Origin: an uncultured delta proteobacterium | GTDB lineage: Bacteria > Myxococcota_A > UBA9160 > UBA4427 | Assembly: GCA_963822965.1 (NCBI GenBank) | Contig: CAWGJT010000003.1 | Location: 1-13,983 of the forward strand | Direction: 5' to 3' | DNA: 13,983 nt | Part shown: positions 7,718 through 13,983 of the stretch, in pieces | Position numbering within the stretch: the first letter of the stretch is position 1 | Layout of the letters: every line of letters begins with the position of its first letter | Position numbers and translations under genes: made by a program | Notes under the pieces: model-generated | Database searches by the model: none | The model's input: the letters and a program-made list of their open reading frames with translations, nothing else | Told to the model about the DNA's origin: nothing

Positions 7718-9290
7718 TCAGCGCGGGTCGACCGGCACGCCTTCCGCGTCCCAGCCCGCGGCTTCCAGGAAGCGGCGCAGGCCCGGATCGTCCTTCGAGA
7801 GGGCCGGGAGCCAGGGGCCGATCCGCTCGCGCCGCCACCAGGCGCCCCCGGGATCGTCCCAGGGAGCGAAGCGATAGCGGTAGAGATCGGCGCGGATCCA
7901 GCGCGGCGGGGCGTCCGGGAACGGGTTCTCCTCGAGCAGGGACAGCGCGCCGGGGTCGGCGTGCAGGAGCTTCCACACCAGGTGGATCGTCCAGGGGTAG
8001 TGCTCGGGGTCGGACATGGCCGCGAACCAGAGCTGCCAGGCGAGGCGCGGCTGGTACGGCGCGACCACGCAGGGGCGCCGCATCGGGATCGCCGGGCTTG
8101 CAGGGAAACTCGTACTCCTCCCAGCGGGTCTCCGCGCCCACCTCCTCGTCGCGCGTCCCCTCGAAGACGATCTCGTAGCGCTCGCGTCCCACGCTGCCAA
8201 AGGCGCCGTAGGTGTTCACGAGGTCGAGCGGATCGAAGGAGGTGTTCATGATCTGCCGGGGAGAGAGGAGGTTCGCGACCGGGCCGATGCTGAGAATGCC
8301 CACGACCACGGCGAGCCCCACCGCCGCGAACTGTTGCCCCCGCGACGGCTCGGCCTCCGCGGCGGCACGCTCGGCTCGCGCGACGAGCCGCCGCGGCAGC
8401 ACCCGGCGCAGCGACGAGTCGTCGAAGCAGGCGAGGACGGGAACGATCGTCAGGTAGTTCAGGAACGACAGGTTGCCGCCGAGGATCAGCATGGCCTGGA
8501 AGAGCAGCATGACGCCGCCCGCGACGTGCCGGAACGTGCGCGGTCCCAACGCGAACCACGGCGAGACCAGCTCGGTCAGCGTGGTTGAAGAGCACGCCGA
8601 CCCGGTGCACGAAGCGCGGCAGGAAGTGGAAGACGGGGCTCAGCGGGTTCGGGATCGGCTGGGTCTCGTAGAAGAAGTCGAGACACGTGAGATCGCGCCA
8701 GCACGGGTCGCCGCGGATCTTGATCAGTCCCGCGCCGAGCATGATCCGGAACGCCAGCCAGCGGAAGAGCCAGAGCACGAGCGCCGGGGGCGGCCGCCGC
8801 GGGAACGGGCGCGGCCGTCGAGGAGCGGGACACAGGAAGATCGCCAGGAAGCCCGTCTCGAGCAGCTGGATCTCCCAGCCGTAGCCGTACCAGTCCTGGC
8901 CGATGTGGACGAAGGACATGTAGACGATCCACAGCACGGCCATGGAGATCGCGTTGGCGAAGCCCAGCAGGAGCGCGATGGAGAGCGCCGAGCCCGAGCC
9001 AGGACAGCACCAGCAGCGCCGGGTCGGAGAGGTGGAGCCAGAACAGGCTGGGAAGCGCCGCGGCCCCTGCCGGCGCGGGAGCCGAAGTGGGCGGCGACGC
9101 GCTCGAGGAAGGCCCCGGCGGGCAGGAGCCCGTCCGATCCGATCAGCGGCAGCACCTGGGTCGCGAGCGAGAGGAACGCGAAGGCGTAGACGAGGCCCAG
9201 CAGCCGCAGGATCGAGAAGCGTGTGAGCCACCACGTCGAAGCGGCCGAAGAGCCCGTCGATGTCGGAGTCGCGGCTCCAGGCAACCCCAT
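7718..9290 (-). CDS. Lipase maturation factor (LMF1) family membrane protein, about 521 aa after removing 7 inserted nt; frameshifted in this sequence
   Basis: ATG 9290 with GGAGG 6 nt upstream. LMF1 motifs are spread over successive frames: LRLLGLVYAFAFLS..Q..PLIGSDGLLP, PSLFW, GQDWYGYGWEIQLLETGFL, FRIMLGAGLIKIRGDPCWRDLTCL.F.YETQPIPNP, GNLSFLNYLT, NTYGAFGSV, W.EYEFPCKPGDP, PYQPRLAWQLWFAAM, PPRWIRADLYRYRF. Insertions near 9071, 8989, 8828, 8810 (+2), 8580 and 8086. Confidence 0.9.
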
Positions 9291-9296
9291 CCGCCA

Positions 9297-9340
9297 CCTC
9301 CGCTGGCGTCGAGAGAGGGAGAAGGACCCTCTGGAGGATA
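9297..9340 (-). promoter_or_regulatory. Shine-Dalgarno and candidate -10 element of the LMF1 gene
   Basis: Minus-strand GGAGG (9301-9297) and TATCCT (9340-9335). Confidence 0.4.
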
Positions 9341-9685
9341 CCCGTCGTCGCGCCGTGCTTCCCGGCGAGGGTCGCATCATGTTCGGGCCCGACCCGGATT
9401 GGGGCTTCTTCGACTTCCGACGAGGAATCCAGGGCGGTCGGCGCCTCGCGGCGGGGGCCACCCGATCCGATCGACCTCGGCGCGCTCCCCGTCCATCCGG
9501 GCCTCGAGGGTCTCCCTCGGATCGGGGGGGGAGCTTCCCGAGGCCGCCCCCTGGACCGCACGCGGCCCTTCTCGGCATCCCGTGGCTCATCGCCCCCTCC
9601 CGGCGGCGCCCCCGGACCGCGGCGGGACCACCCACATCGGGCCCCCTACTCGCGAACTCCGGAGACCCATGCCACTCTCCTCCCC

Positions 9686-10971
9686 ATGACGAACAACGCC
9701 AAGCTCGTGCTGGACGGGAAGGAAACGGACCTGCCGGTCGCCGTGGGCAGCGAGGGGGAGGTCGGCATCGACATCTCCAAGCTTCGCGCGCAGACGGGGG
9801 CCATCACGCTCGATCCTTCGTTTGCCAACACCGGCGCCTGCGAGAGCGCCATCACCTACATCGACGGCGAGCAGGGGATCCTCCGCTACCGGGGCTACGA
9901 CATCGCGGACCTCGCCGAGAACGCGACCTTTCCCGAGGTCTGCCACCTGCTGATCTACGGCCGACTGCCGACGCAGGCGGAGCGCGAGGAATTTCGCACG
10001 CGGCTCACGCGCCATTCACTCGTGCACGAGGACATGAAGAAGTTCTTCGAGGGCTTCCCGCCCACGGCGCACCCGATGGGCATCCTCTCCGCGATGATCG
10101 CGTCGCTCTCCGCCTACTACCCCGAGGACGATACGCCCGAGGAGATCGACCTCAACATCGTCCGCCTGCTCGCCAAGGCCAAGACGATCGCGGCGTTCTC
10201 CTACAAGAAGTCGATCGGCCAGCCGTTCATCTACCCGCAGAACGACCGCACCTACCTCGAGAACTTCCTGCTCATGATGTTCGCGGTGCCCTCCGAGCCC
10301 TACGAAGTCGATCCGGTCGTGCGAAGCGCACTCAACAAGCTCCTGATCCTCCACGCCGACCACGAGCAGAACTGCAGCACCACGACCGTCCGCGTCGGTG
10401 GGCAGCGGCGGCGCGAACCTGTTCGCGTCGATCTCCGCGGGGGTCAGCGCACTCTGGGGACCGCTCCACGGCGGGGCGAACCAGGCCGTGATCGAGATGC
10501 TGGAGCTCATCCGGAGCGACGGCGCGAACTATCGAGAAGTACGTCGACCTCACGAAGTCGAAGGACTCGAACTTCAAGCTGATGGGCTTCGGGCACCGCG
10601 TCTACAAGAACTTCGATCCGCGCGCGCGAATCCTGAAGCAGTCTGCGGACGAGGTGCTCGGGCGGCTCGGCGTGGACGACCCGCTGCTCGAGATCGCCAT
10701 GCGGCTCGAGGAGGTGGCGCTCGCGGACGACTACTTCATCGAGCGCAAGCTCTACCCGAACGTCGACTTCTACAGCGGCATCCTGTACCGCGCGATGGGC
10801 ATTCCGACGGACATGTTCACGGTGATGTTCGCCCTGGGACGCCTGCCCGGCTGGATCGCGCATTGGCTCGAGCAGCGGAACACCCCGGGCACGCGAATCA
10901 GCCGTCCCCGGCAGATCTACACGGGCGAGACCGCACGCGCCTGGATACCGCTCGAGAAGCGCCAGCCCTGA
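9686..10971 (+). CDS. gltA: Citrate synthase (type II-like), about 427 aa after correcting two +1 insertions
   Basis: Motifs [75 protein letters not shown] and [11 protein letters not shown]. Frame changes near 10397 (VR[V]/VGSGGANL) and 10530 (N/IEKYVDL). Confidence 0.95.
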
Positions 10972-10992
10972 TCCGTCGTACGGATCGGGGCT
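10964..10992. terminator. Hairpin between convergent gltA and cupin genes (candidate bidirectional terminator)
   Basis: AGCCCTGATCCGT-cgt-ACGGATCGGGGCT: 13-bp stem with one G-U pair on the + strand, overlapping both stop codons; no U-tract. Confidence 0.55.
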
Positions 10993-11419
10993 ATGCCGCG
11001 GCCATGGCCTGGATCGCTTCCCAGTCCAGCACGAACGAGGTGTTGTCGTCCTCGTCGAGGAACTGCACGGCGCCGTGGTTCGTGAAGAGGAGCTCGGTGG
11101 CCTCGGGGAAGTGGGTGACGTCGTGGATCACGCTGACGGGCTCCCAGCCGTAGTCGCCGGCCACCGCGGTGATGCCGCCGGCCTGCGCGCCCCCGCGCAC
11201 CTCCATCCTGCCCGAGAGCATGAAGTACTCGCCGGCCCCCAGATGACGGTGGCGGACGAAGGAAGAGCCCGCCTCGCACTTGAGCAGCACCGTCCAGGTG
11301 CCGGTCTCGGGGCTGATCCGCAGGACCTTGAGCTCGATGCCCTCCGAGAAGGGCGACCACTTCAGCTCGCGGCTCGGCACGTACGTCTCCTGCTGGGGGA
11401 CGATCTGCTCCAGGGTCAT
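10991..11419 (-). CDS. Cupin protein, 2,4'-dihydroxyacetophenone dioxygenase / ChrR-cupin-like, 142 aa
   Basis: [25 protein letters not shown], metal motif [29 protein letters not shown], and [10 protein letters not shown]. Strong SD GAGGAGG before ATG 11419. Confidence 0.85.
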   Translation of the reverse strand: MTLEQIVPQQETYVPSRELKWSPFSEGIELKVLRISPETGTWTVLLKCEAGSSFVRHRHLGAGEYFMLSGRMEVRGGAQAGGITAVAGDYGWEPVSVIHDVTHFPEATELLFTNHGAVQFLDEDDNTSFVLDWEAIQAMAAA

Positions 11420-11425
11420 GTCCAA

Positions 11426-11454
11426 CCTCCTCGATTCGTTCCGGGGCGAGTCTA
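11426..11454 (-). promoter_or_regulatory. Candidate -10 element and Shine-Dalgarno of the cupin gene
   Basis: Minus-strand TAGACT (11454-11449) and GAGGAGG (11432-11426). Confidence 0.5.
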
Positions 11455-11528
11455 GCGTCCCAGCCCGCACGCAACCGCTCGCGCCACGGACCGGCCGGCG
11501 CCAGGCTCCCCGCGTCGAGCCCCGTCGG

Positions 11529-12161
11529 TCAGGCCCGAGAGCCCCGAAGCCGATCGCCTGCGGAGGGCCGCCGCCTGTGCAATGCGCCTCCGAGGGTCAG
11601 CAGGCCCACGGCGAACGCGAGGCTGGCGCCGGGCTCGGGAATCGGCGCCTCGCCCGGAGAGCCGACCGTGCCGGGTCGCACGGCGAGATCGAGGATCCGG
11701 GCCTGCGCGCCCTTCACGTCGTTGAAGGCGTCGAGGACGAAGTCGAGGGTGGTGTCGTCGGTGCCGGTCCGGGTGAAGCCGAGGGTGGCCAGGGTGACGC
11801 TCGCTCCGCCCTGTCGCGCGAGCAGCGCCGCGTCGGAGAGGAGCGAGACCCCCGCCAGGTCCGCGAGGCCGGGACCCGTGGACGACGACAGGAAGGCCTC
11901 GAAGAGCGACGGGGCGCCCAGGGCATCCGAGAGCGAGATGCTGTCGAGCTGGATCACGGCGGCGTCGAAGACGATATCGAGGTCGTAGGCGCTGACGATC
12001 TCGCCGGCGAGGTCCGACACCACGACGTCGAGCAGGAAGGAGTCGCCCACCGCCGCGAGGATCGTTTGCGGTGAGAAGCCGATCGTCGCGGACCGGGCCG
12101 GGGCGGCCAGCAGCAACACGGCGAGCATGGGGCCGAAGACGAACGAGGCAGAGCGCTTCAT
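11529..12161 (-). CDS. PEP-CTERM protein with a cohesin-like domain, about 210 aa
   Basis: SD AAGGAGAGGAG; signal peptide ending ARS|A. Cohesin-type pattern FSP.....VGDSFLLDVVVS....VSAYDLDIVFDAAVIQ...TLATLGF. C-terminal PIPEPGASLAFAVGLLTLGGAL followed by HRRR. Confidence 0.82.
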   Translation of the reverse strand: MKRSASFVFGPMLAVLLLAAPARSATIGFSPQTILAAVGDSFLLDVVVSDLAGEIVSAYDLDIVFDAAVIQLDSISLSDALGAPSLFEAFLSSSTGPGLADLAGVSLLSDAALLARQGGASVTLATLGFTRTGTDDTTLDFVLDAFNDVKGAQARILDLAVRPGTVGSPGEAPIPEPGASLAFAVGLLTLGGALHRRRPSAGDRLRGSRA

Positions 12162-13983
12162 GACGGGTCTCCTCTCCTTGCGGTCTGGCAGTCGGGCCTT
12201 GCGGTCTGGCAGTCGGGCCTTGCGGTCTGGCAGTCGGGACGGTCCGCGCCGGCAGCCGCCGGCCGACGACCTCGCCGGCGCCGGCGGCAGACGCCCAGCA
12301 GGAGCAGCGGCTCGATGCCGATCAGCCCACAGGCGGGCGGCGCGGGCGGCACTTCGCAATCGGGCAGAGTGCACTCCAGCGCGCAGATGCGGGAGTCGTT
12401 CACGCTGATGAGCCCGTCCTCGTTCGAATCCCGCGGATCGTCGGCACCGGCGGCCGACTGACCCCGCGCGGCGAAGATGGCGTTCACGTCGTTGCGGTCG
12501 ACGTCGCCGTCCGCGTCGACGTCACAGCGGCCCGGCGTCGGCGGGGCCTCGCAGGCGTCGCCCGTGCCGTCGCCGTCCGCATCCGCCTGCGCCGGGTCGT
12601 AGTCGTCGGGACAATCGTCGACATCGTCCGCAACGGCGTCGCGATCGCGATCGGACGTCTCCTGCACCTCGTCGCTGAACTGACCTCCCGCGAGATCGTC
12701 CCACTCGAAGCGCCAACGGAGCGCCGCACAGGGGTCGCCGGGTGTCTGCGTCACGAAGGCCACGGTGTCGTCGCTGGTGGTGATGGCGGCGGGCACGACG
12801 GTGGTGAAGGAGCCGTCGGCGGGATCGTCCGGATGGGAGAAGGTGGCCTCCCCGTCGCTCACGACGACCGAGGCCGGCGGATCGACGATGCTCGCCCGCA
12901 CGTCGTATGCGAAGCCGTTTCCCTCGTTCCCGAGGTCGACCCGCCAGAGTCCGCTGCCCGGCGCCGTCTCGTGGCAGCCGATCACCGCCAGATCGGGCGC
13001 GATGACCAGCGAGGGATCGGGCACCACGTGCTCGACGAAGTTCGTGTCGATGCGCGTGGGAGGCACGGCATCGGGGAAGACGATCGTGCCCACGTTGCGC
13101 ACCCGCGTGGCGGGGGGCGCATCGCTGCGCACCTCGATCTCGAAGCTCACCTGCCGCGGCGTCGCGGGGGGCACCAGGGGATCGGTCCACACCAGAGTCC
13201 GCGTGGCCGGGTCGTAGACGCCGCCGTCGTGGACCGTGAGGGTCGTGTCGTCGAGGTCCTCGTCGAGCGCGTCGATCACCTGCACGTCGTGGGCGTCGGC
13301 GTTGCCGACGTTCTCGTAGTGCAGGATGTAGGTCATCCGGAGCCCGGCGGCCGTGTAGCCGTAGCCCTGGAGATCGACGCCGGGGATCGAGTCCTTCCAG
13401 TTCGGGTCGCGGGGCGCGCAGCCGGGAACACCCACGTCGCACGCGGCGAACTGGAGGTTCGCCTGGGGGTTGGACCAGAGGTTGACGTCGCAGCAGGCGG
13501 CCGGCACGGTGACGCCGCCGCACACGCCGCGCGGAACCGTGCAGCCGTGGGCCGGCGCGGGGCCGCAGTAGCGGATGTCGCCGCGTTCGTCGCGCACCAG
13601 CCCGCTGACCAGGACGCCCACGCACAGGGGATTGGTATCGGTGCCACCGGGCAGCGTCTCGAGCGAGGGGCGGCAGGAGCACGCCGACTCCTGGCAGTCG
13701 ATCAGGCCGTCACAGTCGTTGTCGATCCCGTCGTTGCAGTCTTCCGGGAGGTTCTCCACCGCGGCCTTGTCGAAGCCGATCGTCTGCACCGAGAGGTTGT
13801 CGCTCAGGTCCGGATCGCGCACCGCCGAGCCGACCTGCGCGACGTTGACGAGCCGGTCCTCGCAGCGGAACGCGCGGGGGTCCGCGGGAGCCGTGGCGTC
13901 GATGTCGATCGTCAGGCCGCCCGGGGACGTCAGCTGCGGCTCGTGCAGTCGGTACAGATCGGTCGCTGCATCGAAGGAGCCCG
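12158..13983 (-). CDS. Large multidomain surface protein, 5'-partial: DUF11-like end, Cys-rich DGIDNDCDG motif, DPNxK Ig-like domain, TSP3-like repeats, dockerin-like pair, Cys-TM-Arg C-terminal tail
   Basis: The frame is open from the window edge (GSFDAATDLY...NVAQVGSAVRDPDLSDN). Motifs: PEDCNDGIDNDCDGLIDC (13747-13694); DPNWK...YILHYENVGNADAHDVQVIDALDEDLD; DRDRDAVADDVDDCP...QADADGDGTGDACE; CDVDADGDVDRND...DSNEDGLISVND; ACGLIGIEPLLLLGVCRRRRR. Its TGA overlaps the next ATG (ATGA). Confidence 0.88.
   Translation of the reverse strand, partial: GSFDAATDLYRLHEPQLTSPGGLTIDIDATAPADPRAFRCEDRLVNVAQVGSAVRDPDLSDNLSVQTIGFDKAAVENLPEDCNDGIDNDCDGLIDCQESACSCRPSLETLPGGTDTNPLCVGVLVSGLVRDERGDIRYCGPAPAHGCTVPRGVCGGVTVPAACCDVNLWSNPQANLQFAACDVGVPGCAPRDPNWKDSIPGVDLQGYGYTAAGLRMTYILHYENVGNADAHDVQVIDALDEDLDDTTLTVHDGGVYDPATRTLVWTDPLVPPATPRQVSFEIEVRSDAPPATRVRNVGTIVFPDAVPPTRIDTNFVEHVVPDPSLVIAPDLAVIGCHETAPGSGLWRVDLGNEGNGFAYDVRASIVDPPASVVVSDGEATFSHPDDPADGSFTTVVPAAITTSDDTVAFVTQTPGDPCAALRWRFEWDDLAGGQFSDEVQETSDRDRDAVADDVDDCPDDYDPAQADADGDGTGDACEAPPTPGRCDVDADGDVDRNDVNAIFAARGQSAAGADDPRDSNEDGLISVNDSRICALECTLPDCEVPPAPPACGLIGIEPLLLLGVCRRRRRGRRPAAAGADRPDCQTARPDCQTARPDCQTARRGDPS
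12176..12238. repeat. Perfect tandem repeat, 3 x 21 bp
   Basis: CCTTGCGGTCTGGCAGTCGGG at 12176, 12197 and 12218; it encodes (PDCQTAR)x3 on the minus strand. Confidence 0.95.

Noticed and set aside
8085..10530. Programmed ribosomal frameshifting in LMF1 or gltA
   Set aside because: There are too many events, no canonical slippery heptamers at the sites, and a compensating indel pair; sequencing error is simpler.
12176..12238. CRISPR array
   Set aside because: The units are directly adjacent with no spacers, lie in frame inside a CDS, and no cas genes are visible.
1..13983. tRNA, rRNA, integrase, transposase, phage or defence genes
   Set aside because: None were recognisable on either strand.

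Overview
High-GC bacterial window. The gene content (DUF6178-like protein, PEP-CTERM proteins, a Cys-rich surface protein with a CGL...RRRR tail) suggests a Myxococcota-like or other diderm host, which is an inference. Bases 1-38 resemble a degraded Oxford Nanopore adapter. Eight small insertions between about 8085 and 10530 break an LMF1-family gene and citrate synthase (gltA) and are probably sequencing errors. Gene order: truncated hypothetical (-), DUF6178-like (+), unannotated PEP-CTERM-like 3' remnant (+), PEP-CTERM protein (+), DUF1345 membrane protein (+), TreT-like trehalose synthase (+), lipoprotein coupled to a secreted S9 peptidase (+), LMF1 family (-), gltA (+), cupin (-), PEP-CTERM cohesin-like protein (-), and the 3' part of a large multidomain surface protein (-). 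The best candidate for a new system is the last pair: a dockerin-like surface protein translationally coupled to a PEP-CTERM-anchored cohesin-like protein, possibly a non-cellulosomal cohesin-dockerin surface module using two different sorting signals. All family calls come from motif recognition by eye; no searches were run.
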